Source: Desulfovibrio sp. (lineage in GTDB: Bacteria > Desulfobacterota > Desulfovibrionia > Desulfovibrionales > Desulfovibrionaceae). From it: a DNA stretch of 64,000 nucleotides. Shown piece after piece: positions 9,180-17,890 of the stretch. Location: positions 46,746 to 110,745 of the forward strand of contig JAVBQP010000034.1 in NCBI GenBank assembly GCA_031548905.1, written 5' to 3'. The position numbers were made by a program, and so were the translations under genes. How positions within the stretch are numbered: the first letter of the stretch is position 1; each line of letters starts with the position of its first letter. The notes under the pieces were generated by a model. That model made no database searches. It worked only from the letters and a program-made list of their open reading frames with translations, and was not told where the DNA came from.

Positions 9180-9691
9180 GTCGTCTCCCACTTGCGCAGT
9201 ATGTCGGCAAAGGCCCGCTGCGCGGCGGCGCGGTCCTCGGCATTGGGATGTTTGGCGGCTTCCTCAATGCGGGCCTTGCGTTCCTCGGTCATGGGGTGGG
9301 GGTTGCCTTCCCGCATTTTGGCCATGGCCGCGAGCAGTTTGGGGTCGACTCTGCCCTGGCAGATGAAGGTGCCGAAAACCCGGTTCCCGGCCATGCGCTC
9401 CACGCCTTTTTGCATGGACTCCCGAGCGTGATCGGAATCCGGCCAGGCCCCGAGGGTGCCGAACAGGCCCACATTCGCGCCTTTGACCCGGTCCATGTAG
9501 TCGAGCATGGCCGCGTCCGGCGCGCCTTTGTCCACCCAGAAGCCCAGAGCGATGAAGTCATAGCCGGAAGGGTCCGGCGCGGTTTCCACCGGGGCCAGTT
9601 CCGCGCCTTCCGGCATGGCGGCGTGCACGGCTTCGGCAATCATTTTGGTGTTGCCGGTGCGGCTGGAATACACAACGAGCGTTTTTTTCAT
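9167..9691 (-). CDS. Flavodoxin family protein
   Basis: N-terminal MKKTLVVYSSRTGNTKMIAEAV FMN-binding loop, 174 aa. Confidence 0.85.
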   Translation of the reverse strand: MKKTLVVYSSRTGNTKMIAEAVHAAMPEGAELAPVETAPDPSGYDFIALGFWVDKGAPDAAMLDYMDRVKGANVGLFGTLGAWPDSDHARESMQKGVERMAGNRVFGTFICQGRVDPKLLAAMAKMREGNPHPMTEERKARIEEAAKHPNAEDRAAAQRAFADILRKWETTCAN

Positions 9692-9706
9692 GGGGTGTTC
9701 CTTATC

Positions 9707-10228
9707 TTATTGGGCGTATTGAGCTTTCAAGGCAAGGAAGCCTTCCTTGACGGAAGGGATGATCTCGCGCGCGGCGTCGCGCCCGAGGTACACGGCGAAG
9801 CACTGCCGGCCATCAATGTCGAAAAATTGCACGGAGTGGCTTTCCAGTCCGAACACGGGCTTGGACACGAACCAGATGGAGTCGATTTTGCCCACGAGCA
9901 GGTGCCCGTTCAGGGGGTTGCTCTTGTCCATCAAATTATACATGCCGTGGCCGCTTTTGCCCTTGGGCAGCCGGCCGGGAATTTCCAGGATGGCCCCCGG
10001 CGTGTTCGCCATGAAGGTGACCTTTTCCCACGCCGTCATGGCTTCCCAGATGGGGATGAAGTTGTCGCCGGACGTGTGGCCCCGCATCTCTTCCGGTAAG
10101 GATTCGATAACCCTTCGGACCGGCACGCCCAAAGTTTCGGCCAGGGTCTGGGGCATGAAGTTGGGGTCTTCGGTCAGCTTTTCGCCCACCAGGGCGCGGA
10201 GTTGTTCGTCGGAGTAGGTTTCGCTCAT
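9707..10228 (-). CDS. hutX: Heme utilization cytosolic carrier protein HutX/ChuX family
   Basis: Pattern LPEEM...PKGKSGHGMYNLM...GHL...SKPVFGLESHSVQFF...YLGRD..REIIP matches my recollection of Vibrio HutX. Sits in the heme cluster. Confidence 0.8.
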   Translation of the reverse strand: MSETYSDEQLRALVGEKLTEDPNFMPQTLAETLGVPVRRVIESLPEEMRGHTSGDNFIPIWEAMTAWEKVTFMANTPGAILEIPGRLPKGKSGHGMYNLMDKSNPLNGHLLVGKIDSIWFVSKPVFGLESHSVQFFDIDGRQCFAVYLGRDAAREIIPSVKEGFLALKAQYAQ

Positions 10229-11649
10229 AGGGGGGTCTCCATCCGTTTGCGCAGCACGATTTTTTCCGTGCAGACGCGGTCCATAAGTTCAAGATCATGG
10301 GTGATCACCAGCAGGCAGGCCCCGGCCTCGGCGGCACGGCGCATACTCTCGGCCATGCGGCGCATACTCTCGCCGTCCAGGCCGCTGGTGGGCTCGTCGA
10401 GAATGAGCATCCGCGGCCGGCGCACGGCGGCGCAGGCCACGGCCAGGCGCTGCTGTTCCCCGCCGGAAAGCGATTGCGGATGGCGCTCCGTCAGGTGGGT
10501 CAGGCCGTATTGCTCCAGGTGCAGGCGCACCGCCCCTTCGCGCTCGCTGTCGGGGACGGCGCCCGCGGCCGCGTCGCGCAGTTCGGCGGCCACGCTGCCC
10601 ATGCGCAGTTGATGCCCGGCATTTTGCAGCACCACCTGGGTATGGCGGGCCAACTCGCGCGGGCGCGGCGTTTTGCCGCCGGCGGCCACCCGGCCGCGCC
10701 GGGGGCGCTCCAGGCCGGTGAGCAGCCGGGCCAGGGTGGTTTTTCCCGCGCCGTTTTCCCCCAGCAGAGCGACAACCTTGCCCGGCGCGAAGGAAAGATC
10801 CAGGCCGTCGAAGACCGGCGCACCCTTGGGGTAGGCGAAGGAAATATCCTCGCAGGCGAAAAAGGCCGCGTCCGCCGATTCGGGAGAGGATTCCGGCAGC
10901 GATTCGCGCGCGTCGGGGACGTCAACCGCGCGCAGGCCGTGGCGGGCGCGGAGTCCCGCGTCTTCCAGAAGCGCGAAATCCCCTTGGGCCGCGATGCTCC
11001 CGGCGTCCAGCACCAGTACGCGGTCCGCCAGATCGCGCAGCCAGTGGAGGCGGTGATCCACGATGAACAGGGCGATGCCGCGTTTTTTCAAGGCAAGCAG
11101 GGTGCGGGCCAGTTCGGCTGTGGACTCGGGGTCGAGGTTGGCGGAGGGCTCGTCCAGCACCAGCAGGCCGGGCCGGGCGGCCAGCAGCGCGGCCAGGGCG
11201 ACCTTTTGCTTCTGGCCCTCGGAAAGGCCGAAAATGGTGTGTTCCAACAAGTCTTCGATGCCGAGCAGGGCGGCGGCCTCGGCCGTTGCCGGGGTAATCT
11301 CGTCCGCCCGCCCGCCCCGCCATTGCAGGCTTAGGGCCAGTTCGTCGCCCACGGTCAGGGCGAAAAACTGGCGCTCCGGGTCTTGGAACAGCGTGCCGAC
11401 ATGGCCGGCCAGGGCCGCCGGGTCGGTATCCAGGGTGTTTTGCCCGGCCACCCGGACTTCGCCCTGTAATGTGCCGCGCAAAAAGTGCGGGGCCAGGCCG
11501 TTGACGAGACGGGTCAGCGTCGACTTGCCGCAGCCGCTGCGGCCCGTGCAGAGCAGCGCCTCGCCGGGCGCCAGGCCAAAGGAGATGTCGCGCACGGCCG
11601 GGGCGCCCGCGTGGGGATAAGCGTAGGTCACGGAGGAAAAGTGCAGCAC
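10225..11649 (-). CDS. ECF/ABC transporter ATPase, duplicated ATP-binding cassette (EcfA-EcfA fusion type)
   Basis: Two cassettes: GRSGCGKST / LSEGQKQK / LLVLDEPS and GENGAGKTT / LSGGEQQR / MLILDEPTSGLD. GTG at 11649, just after the ecfT stop, is preferred over the track start at 11730. Confidence 0.85.
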   Translation of the reverse strand: MLHFSSVTYAYPHAGAPAVRDISFGLAPGEALLCTGRSGCGKSTLTRLVNGLAPHFLRGTLQGEVRVAGQNTLDTDPAALAGHVGTLFQDPERQFFALTVGDELALSLQWRGGRADEITPATAEAAALLGIEDLLEHTIFGLSEGQKQKVALAALLAARPGLLVLDEPSANLDPESTAELARTLLALKKRGIALFIVDHRLHWLRDLADRVLVLDAGSIAAQGDFALLEDAGLRARHGLRAVDVPDARESLPESSPESADAAFFACEDISFAYPKGAPVFDGLDLSFAPGKVVALLGENGAGKTTLARLLTGLERPRRGRVAAGGKTPRPRELARHTQVVLQNAGHQLRMGSVAAELRDAAAGAVPDSEREGAVRLHLEQYGLTHLTERHPQSLSGGEQQRLAVACAAVRRPRMLILDEPTSGLDGESMRRMAESMRRAAEAGACLLVITHDLELMDRVCTEKIVLRKRMETPL

Positions 11650-11656
11650 GGGGGAC

Positions 11657-12403
11657 TCACATGGGCAGAGACTGAAATTGCGGGCCGTACAGTTGCAGGG
11701 CAACGGCGCCGCCGGCCGCGAGGGCGGCAAGGGCCAGAACCAGATGATCCCGCCGGCCCAGGCCGGGCATATCCGCGCTCACGGAGCGGCGGGCGGAGCC
11801 GATGCCCTTCAGCTCGGCGGCCATAGCCAGATCATCGGCGGAATACAGGATGCGGAAAATCAGGGGCACGACCATGCCGCGCCACAAGCCGGCAAGGCCT
11901 CGTCCGGGGCGCAGGCGGGCGGCGTCGCGAATCTGGGCGCAGTCGCCGAGAAAGGTCGGGATAAAGCGCACGGCAACGGAAAGCGGCACATACAGCCAGC
12001 CCGGCAGGCGCAGGGCCTGGAGTCTGGCGAACAACTCCCGCACCGGGGTGGAGAGCGCCAGAGCCAGGAGCAGGTTGACGGACACGAGCATACGCAGGAA
12101 GGGAACGGACAGACTGAAGGCGTTCCAGCGCATCATGTCCGGCACGGCCAGGGCGATCAGGGCCGAAAAGCCCAGGGCGAACAGCATCATGATCGTGGCG
12201 AAGAGGTACACCTTGAGGATGGTCACCGGCCGGGCCGCCCCCAAGGCCAGAAGGGTGCTCAGAAGCACAAGCAGGCCCAGGCCGGCGGGCGAGGACAGGG
12301 CGATGGAGAGAATGGACCCGGCGAAGCACAGCAGCAGTTTGACCCGCACGTCCAGCCCGGCCGCGAAGGTGTCTTCCGCTTTAATGAGAAATGATGCCTG
12401 CAT
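11657..12403 (-). CDS. Energy-coupling factor transporter transmembrane (T) component, CbiQ/EcfT family
   Basis: 248-aa polytopic membrane protein with Arg-containing coupling helices (IRDAARLR). Lies between the S-like and A components. Confidence 0.8.
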   Translation of the reverse strand: MQASFLIKAEDTFAAGLDVRVKLLLCFAGSILSIALSSPAGLGLLVLLSTLLALGAARPVTILKVYLFATIMMLFALGFSALIALAVPDMMRWNAFSLSVPFLRMLVSVNLLLALALSTPVRELFARLQALRLPGWLYVPLSVAVRFIPTFLGDCAQIRDAARLRPGRGLAGLWRGMVVPLIFRILYSADDLAMAAELKGIGSARRSVSADMPGLGRRDHLVLALAALAAGGAVALQLYGPQFQSLPM

Positions 12404-12950
12404 GGCGCAGCTCCTTCATGAAGCGAACCCCGGCGAAGGCGCCCAGCACGGTGCCCACCACGCCGATAAGAATGAACACCGTGGCCGTGATAAGCATACC
12501 CGGCTGCTCCCGCATGGTCAGCCAGGAGATGGCCAGGCCCAGGGCCTTGGAAAACAGCTCCGCCGTCAGCACTCCGGCCACGATGTTGCGGGTTTTGCCG
12601 TAGCCGCCGAGCAGATACATCAACCCTTCGCCGACCAGGCAGGCAACCACGGCCGCCGGGCCGTGCAGCACGCCCTGGCCCATGAGCAGCAGTGAGATCA
12701 ACGAGGTGATGCCCACGGCCAGGGTCAGGGTCCAGCGGCGCGGCACCTTGTGCAGCAGCACGATCATCAGGGTGGCATACAGGCAGTTTTTCGCCGCCAG
12801 GGTGACGGGGTTCATGCCGCCGCCCATATACGCGACCATCAGGGTGGAGGCCTTGATCACCGTGGCGAACACGCCGATGGTCACCAGTTCGCGGGTCGAC
12901 CAGTTGGGCGCGGTGCGCGCCCGTGGTGTGATATCTTCCGCTGCATTCAT
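12381..12950 (-). CDS. Small 6-TM membrane protein, putative ECF transporter substrate-capture (S) component
   Basis: ATG at 12950 preceded by GGAGG. About 189 aa and hydrophobic throughout. The position upstream of EcfT/EcfA and the size fit an S component. The family assignment (MptD/Trep_Strep-like) is from memory only. Confidence 0.6.
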   Translation of the reverse strand: MNAAEDITPRARTAPNWSTRELVTIGVFATVIKASTLMVAYMGGGMNPVTLAAKNCLYATLMIVLLHKVPRRWTLTLAVGITSLISLLLMGQGVLHGPAAVVACLVGEGLMYLLGGYGKTRNIVAGVLTAELFSKALGLAISWLTMREQPGMLITATVFILIGVVGTVLGAFAGVRFMKELRHAGIISH

Positions 12951-13024
12951 CCGCGTACCTCCAAAAGGGCGGCGTCTCCGCATGGGGGGCGCCTCGGGCG
13001 CGCCCCCCATGCGGTGGAACCGCT

Positions 13025-15262
13025 TTAGAACTCCATGCCCACGCGCAGCACGGCGTGCGCGCCCGGATCTTCAAGGGAACTCGAAGCCGGGGTGTAGCGA
13101 TGGTCCAGAATGTTGTTCACGCTCAGGTCCACGAAGTAGTTTTTCTCCGCGCCCATGCGCGCGCCGATGGCGAAGTTCGCCGTGCCCCAGCCGGGGTGGA
13201 CCTCGGTGGTGCCGTCGGAGAGGTCTTCTTTGGCCTCACAGGCGAAGCGGCCGTAAAGATCGGTGTACATGCTCAGCACCGGGGTCAGATCGCGTTCCCA
13301 CTTCAGGCCCACCCGGCCGGTCCATTCCGGGTCGCCGGTATTGGAGGTCTTGCCGGGAACGCTGTCGCCGTAGTCAAATGTCCGGTGCATGTAGGCTCCG
13401 GCCAGGTAGGGGGTCAGGCTCCAGGGCTCGTAGGTCCAGCCCAGGGTCAGCTCCGCGCCGTAGGTGTGGGCCTCGTTCACGTTTTCAAAGCGCGAATCGT
13501 TGTTGGGGTTGGGCGCGGGAAGCGTCCGGTTGGTGATGTAGTCTTCGGCCAGGTTGTAATACAGGGCCAGGTCGGCCGAGAGACCGCCGGCATCGTAGCG
13601 CGCGCCCAGTTCGAAGTTCTGCGAGGTCTCCGGCTTCAGATCCGGGTTGGGGTAGGTGCGGCCGCTCGAACCGTGAGTGGTGCCGATATAGAGCTGGTTC
13701 AACAGGGGGTAGCGGTAGCCCTGGGCATATTGGGCGCGCAGCCGCCAGTCCTGAAAGCCGGAGTAAACCAGGCCGACGCTCCCCACCAGGTGCGAGTCGC
13801 GGGTGTCTTCTTCGCTCAGGCTCGGGTCGTCGGTGTCGTCCAGGGAGGACTGAATCCAGGTCTGGCGCAGGCCGATGGTGGCAGTCCAGTCGGGATGGAA
13901 GGTCCACTCGTCCTGGGCGAACAGCGCTACGGTCTGCTGGTGGGCGTCGTAGTTGAAGGTGTCGTCGGTGTTGAACATGGGAATGATCGGACCCGGCACC
14001 CCGCCCGGAAACAGTTGCATGTAGCCGATGCCCCGCCGGTGGTCCGAGGCGTCCAAGTCGTCGTACAGGTAGTCGACGCCGGCGATCACATAGTGATCGT
14101 CGCCGAAGGTCCAGTCGGTCTGCAAGTTGCCGCCGTAAGTTTTTTGATCGTTCTTCGTGTACGGGTGCTGCCAGACGTTGACCTCTCTGAAGCTGCCGGG
14201 GGGGCCGGCCATGGGGGTGCGGGTGGAGACCGTGATGTCGTTCCAGAAATCCTTTTTGGTTTCCTGCATGTAGCCGGTCAGCTTGATTTTTTGCAGGATG
14301 TCGGAAATCTGCTCCACTTCCACGAAGCTGTAGAAACGCTCGCGTTCCCAGTTGGGCAGATCAAGCTCGACGTTGGCCCCGCCGGAGACCGCGCCGGGAA
14401 TGTTGATGTTGCTCCAGAACCGATCGTAGCCGCCGCCGATCTTGCCGGTCCCCCAGGAGTAATCGAGATAGGCCGAGACGTTGGTCTGCAGGTAGCTGGT
14501 GTCGTCGATCCGGCCCGAGCCGCCGCGCTTGTCCCCGGCATCGGTATAATCGCCCGAGACGCGGTAGCTGAAACCCTTGTACGAGCCGTACAGCGTACCG
14601 TAGGGGGTGAGGGAGTCGTTGGAGCCGTCCATAGTCAGGGCGAAGCCCCCCTGCACGGGCTTGGTGCCGCCTTTTTTGGTGATGATGTTGACCACCCCGC
14701 CGATGGCTTCCGACCCGTACAGTACCGAGGCCGGTCCTTTGATCACCTCGATGCGCTCCACGTTCAGCGGATCGATCATAATCATGCTGCCGTCCATGGA
14801 CTTCTGCTCGGAAATCTTCATGCCGTCGATAAGCACCAGCACCCGGGAAGGCGCTTCGCCGCGGATACTGATCCGCTTGGCCCCGCCGCCCATGCCGCCG
14901 TCGCTGACCTGGACGCCGGGAATGTCTTGCAACTGTTGCGCGACGGTGCCTTTGGGCTCGCGCTCCATCTCCTGCCGCGTGACAACGGAGATGGACGAGG
15001 GCACGTCAAAGACTTCGCGTTCGGTGCGTGTGGCTGTGACCACAACTTCCCTGGCCTGGGTGGGTTCTTTCGCGATGGGTTGCGCATCGGCTTTCGCCGG
15101 CGTACCATCGTTCTGGGGCTTGTCCGCGCTCCCTGCGATGGGAGCGACGGGAGTGGCCGGAGTTTCCGCGCTGAAGGCGGGAAGGCTCGTTGCCGCGAGC
15201 GCTCCCGCGACCAGAAGCGCGAGAAAGGGGTATTTCAGGAAATGTGCATGTTGCCTATGCAT
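13025..15262 (-). CDS. TonB-dependent outer-membrane receptor, heme/hemoprotein-receptor-like
   Basis: ATG at 15262 gives signal peptide MHRQHAHFLKYPFLALLVAGALAATSLPAFSA. Plug-domain motifs, a C-terminal terminal Phe (RVGMEF), and a FRAP/NPNL-like box YRYP..THG..NPDL with the intervening His. Confidence 0.9.
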   Translation of the reverse strand: MHRQHAHFLKYPFLALLVAGALAATSLPAFSAETPATPVAPIAGSADKPQNDGTPAKADAQPIAKEPTQAREVVVTATRTEREVFDVPSSISVVTRQEMEREPKGTVAQQLQDIPGVQVSDGGMGGGAKRISIRGEAPSRVLVLIDGMKISEQKSMDGSMIMIDPLNVERIEVIKGPASVLYGSEAIGGVVNIITKKGGTKPVQGGFALTMDGSNDSLTPYGTLYGSYKGFSYRVSGDYTDAGDKRGGSGRIDDTSYLQTNVSAYLDYSWGTGKIGGGYDRFWSNINIPGAVSGGANVELDLPNWERERFYSFVEVEQISDILQKIKLTGYMQETKKDFWNDITVSTRTPMAGPPGSFREVNVWQHPYTKNDQKTYGGNLQTDWTFGDDHYVIAGVDYLYDDLDASDHRRGIGYMQLFPGGVPGPIIPMFNTDDTFNYDAHQQTVALFAQDEWTFHPDWTATIGLRQTWIQSSLDDTDDPSLSEEDTRDSHLVGSVGLVYSGFQDWRLRAQYAQGYRYPLLNQLYIGTTHGSSGRTYPNPDLKPETSQNFELGARYDAGGLSADLALYYNLAEDYITNRTLPAPNPNNDSRFENVNEAHTYGAELTLGWTYEPWSLTPYLAGAYMHRTFDYGDSVPGKTSNTGDPEWTGRVGLKWERDLTPVLSMYTDLYGRFACEAKEDLSDGTTEVHPGWGTANFAIGARMGAEKNYFVDLSVNNILDHRYTPASSSLEDPGAHAVLRVGMEF

Positions 15263-15264
15263 CC

Positions 15265-16704
15265 TTACTGCTCCTTGCTCATCCGGCGTTGCCTGCCGAT
15301 GAGCGCCTGCGTGAGGTTCACCTGCCAGAACTGCCCCGCCTGCGTCAGCTCCACCCAGGGCCCTTCCCGGGTGACAAGCCCCGCCTCTTCCCAGTTCTCC
15401 AGAAGAGGCGCGTACAGGGCGTAAGCATCTGTTTCGCGCGCATCGCAGCGGCTGAGGGCCGCGCCGACATCGTCCAGGTTCAGACGGCACTGTTCCATCT
15501 GTTCCAGAATCACGCGCATGACAGACAGGTTTTCGGGCGGGGCCGCCACCATGGCGACCGGCTTTTCCCCACTGTTACATCGTTCCAGGTAGCGTTCCAC
15601 GTTGCTTTGGTTAAACAGGAACCAGCCCCCGAGGGAGCCGCCCGCGCAGGCTCCGTAGCTCAGGCAATCGGCCCGGCTTTTGGCCAGGGGATTGTAAAGG
15701 TTGCGCTCGCGCGCGGTGCGGCCCCAGTGGCTCATGGAAAGGCGCCGGCAGCGGGCGCCCTGCATGAGCGCCAGCCCCCGCTCAAAGTATTTTCCCTGTT
15801 CGGCCAGGGGCGCGGCCGGCGGCAACGCGCCGGATTCCATGGCCGCGGCCAGGCCGCTGCCGGGGAAGACGTTCAACTGGTACAGATCCACGCCGTCCAG
15901 GGGCAGATCGAGGAAGGTGCGGATTTCCTCTTCCCAGTCCGCCAGGGTCTGGCCGGGCAGGCCGTAAATGAGATCCACGATAATGGCGGCCTGGTTGTAT
16001 GACGCCAGGGTTTCGAGCCGGGAAATCACTTCCTCGCGCGAGCAGATCCGGCCGATTTTCCGGCGGGTTTTGGTGTCGAAGCTCTGCACACCGAGGGAGA
16101 AGCGGTTGGCCCCGGCCTCCAGGCAGGCTTCCATCTTTTCCCCGTCAAAGTGGTGGATGCGCCCCTCCACGGTAATTTCGCAGTCGGTGGCCAGGGGCAG
16201 AACGTCGGCCAGGGTGCGCAACAGGCGCGACAATTCCTTGGCCCGCAGCGCCGTCGGGGTGCCGCCGCCCAGATACAGGGCGTTGATCGGCGCGGAGGTG
16301 ACGCTGACGCAGTCCCGTTCGGATTCGATTTCCCGGATCAGGGTGTTCAGGTAAGCGGCCCCGGCATCCGCCGTGTACTTGCCCCCGAAAAAGCCGCAGT
16401 ACAGGCACTTGCTTTCGCAGTAAGGGAGGTGGACGTACGCGGCGGCCGGCCCCCGACGTTTGGTCGCGCGCAGACGCTCCAGCGTGGCGGGAATATCTTC
16501 GGCGGCGACGGTCGCGCCGCTCATGCCGGCGTGCACGGCGGTCTTGCGGGGGAAGGCATCTGCCAGCGGATTATCCGTGACGCGGGCGAAATATTCCGTC
16601 GTTTGCCCGTACATATCTTCCGGCAGCACGTTTTGGCGTTCTTTCGCGGCGGGGGCGCCGTGGCCTTGGGCCGGCAGCGGCCGGGCGGATGATGAGCGCG
16701 ACAT
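15265..16704 (-). CDS. hutW: Radical SAM heme-degrading enzyme, HutW/ChuW (HemN-like) family
   Basis: CxxxCxxC motif (YCESKCLYCGFF) and a HemN-like core. The stop lies 2 nt before the receptor start. ATG at 16704 has a GAGAGG Shine-Dalgarno; the alternative start at 16725 has none. Confidence 0.85.
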   Translation of the reverse strand: MSRSSSARPLPAQGHGAPAAKERQNVLPEDMYGQTTEYFARVTDNPLADAFPRKTAVHAGMSGATVAAEDIPATLERLRATKRRGPAAAYVHLPYCESKCLYCGFFGGKYTADAGAAYLNTLIREIESERDCVSVTSAPINALYLGGGTPTALRAKELSRLLRTLADVLPLATDCEITVEGRIHHFDGEKMEACLEAGANRFSLGVQSFDTKTRRKIGRICSREEVISRLETLASYNQAAIIVDLIYGLPGQTLADWEEEIRTFLDLPLDGVDLYQLNVFPGSGLAAAMESGALPPAAPLAEQGKYFERGLALMQGARCRRLSMSHWGRTARERNLYNPLAKSRADCLSYGACAGGSLGGWFLFNQSNVERYLERCNSGEKPVAMVAAPPENLSVMRVILEQMEQCRLNLDDVGAALSRCDARETDAYALYAPLLENWEEAGLVTREGPWVELTQAGQFWQVNLTQALIGRQRRMSKEQ

Positions 16705-16729
16705 GGAAACCTCTCTGGTCGTCATAAGA

Positions 16730-16750
16730 GCAATTTCACAGTGAAATTGC
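16730..16750. promoter_or_regulatory. Perfect 10-1-10 palindrome GCAATTTCAC-A-GTGAAATTGC, candidate operator in front of hutW
   Basis: Read directly from the sequence. Located 26 nt upstream of the preferred hutW start. This symmetry is typical of dimeric HTH repressor sites, for example the adjacent TetR regulator. Confidence 0.5.
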
Positions 16751-16886
16751 CCGGCAGACGCGAGCGGATGCTCGCTTGCGTGTTGTTTCTTATCTCATAC
16801 GCCTCGTGTCGATATGAGATACTCGTTGTCGCGCTTGGCGACACCTCAAAAGTGTCTTGCCGGTTTCACAATGCCTCGCATGAAAA

Positions 16887-16901
16887 CGAAATTTATTCTC
16901 A
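16887..16901. promoter_or_regulatory. Weak Fur-box-like site (CGAAATTTATTCTCA) in the hutW promoter region
   Basis: 10/14 matches to the 7-1-7 Fur motif TGATAATnATTATCA. Lies in the AT-rich tract between tetR and hutW. Confidence 0.3.
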
Positions 16902-16962
16902 AAACAAAGCGTTGAAAAAAACCGTATAACCGGCGTTCGCTGTCGTCCTCGGGCGGCATGGG

Positions 16963-17631
16963 CTATTCTGTCGAGCCCGCCGTCCGGCACAGGGCCTCCG
17001 CCGCGATACGGCCGATGGCTTCCCGGTCGCTCGGGTTGAACCCATCCAGCCCGAGGTGGGCAAGCACCAGGCGGCCGCCCCGGAAAAACGCCATGGCTTC
17101 CGCCACCATGAGTTGCGCCAGGACGGAGGCTTCCAGCGATCGCTCCGGCACGTCCCGGAGTTTGGCCGCCACCGTCGCGAAGGCAAGGTGCATGGGCTGG
17201 AGCACATGATCGCTGAACCGGGCGTAGACCCCGCGCAACATGGCGGAATCCGGTCCGCTCAGGGCTTTGAGCAGCGCTTCGCCCTTGGGGCCGGAGAGTA
17301 CGCCTAAAAGTACCGCCATATGTTCCCGCAGCAGGTCGGGCGCTTTTTCGCGGGGCTCCGCGCGGACCGTTTCCCCGAAGCGCTCCAGCTCGGGCAGGAG
17401 CATATCCTGCAAGTCCTGGATACATCGATCCACAACGGCGTTCAGCAGTTCCGCCATGCCGCCGAAGTGGTAGTTGATCAGGGCGTGGTTCACCTTGGCC
17501 TCGCGGGCCAGCTCGCGGGAGGTCAGACCCTGCCCCGCGTTTTGGGTAAACAGCTTTATGCCGGCCTCCAGGAGGCGCAGCTTCGATGCCGCAACGCGAC
17601 GCATCGGCAGATAGGAAACAACTCCACTCAT
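16963..17631 (-). CDS. TetR/AcrR family transcriptional regulator
   Basis: N-terminal HTH (LTSRELAREAKVNHALINYHFGG). 222 aa, heading the minus-strand heme operon. Confidence 0.9.
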   Translation of the reverse strand: MSGVVSYLPMRRVAASKLRLLEAGIKLFTQNAGQGLTSRELAREAKVNHALINYHFGGMAELLNAVVDRCIQDLQDMLLPELERFGETVRAEPREKAPDLLREHMAVLLGVLSGPKGEALLKALSGPDSAMLRGVYARFSDHVLQPMHLAFATVAAKLRDVPERSLEASVLAQLMVAEAMAFFRGGRLVLAHLGLDGFNPSDREAIGRIAAEALCRTAGSTE

Positions 17632-17667
17632 GTCGGCCTCCTCGCCTGGGAAGACGTCTACCGTAAT

Positions 17668-17682
17668 TGATAATAATTGTCA
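17668..17682. promoter_or_regulatory. Fur box candidate (TGATAATAATTGTCA)
   Basis: 14/14... more exactly, 13 of the 14 specified positions match the 7-1-7 Fur consensus TGATAATnATTATCA. Located 37 nt upstream of the tetR start, in a low-GC divergent promoter region. Confidence 0.55.
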
Positions 17683-17890
17683 ACCGCTTGGTTAAAGCAG
17701 GTGTTTACCTACTATGTTCATTGATTTATTTGTATACGCATCACGATATTTTCTATCGAATAAGCGAGAGCCGCCGCGGGAAAGCCCCGCGAGGCGCTTG
17801 GGATTCCGCCGGTTATTGAGTATAGTGACGAAGGGCAACGGCCTTGCGACTTTCGACGCGGCGCCCCGGGCTCGGGGAGGAGATCCGCAT

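Noticed and set aside
13055-15424. 789-aa plus-strand ORF.
   Set aside because: It is antisense to the TonB-dependent receptor and has Gly/Val/Ala-rich low complexity. The same reasoning applies to 38176-39930 (opposite the helicase), 28234-30576 and 43064-45046.
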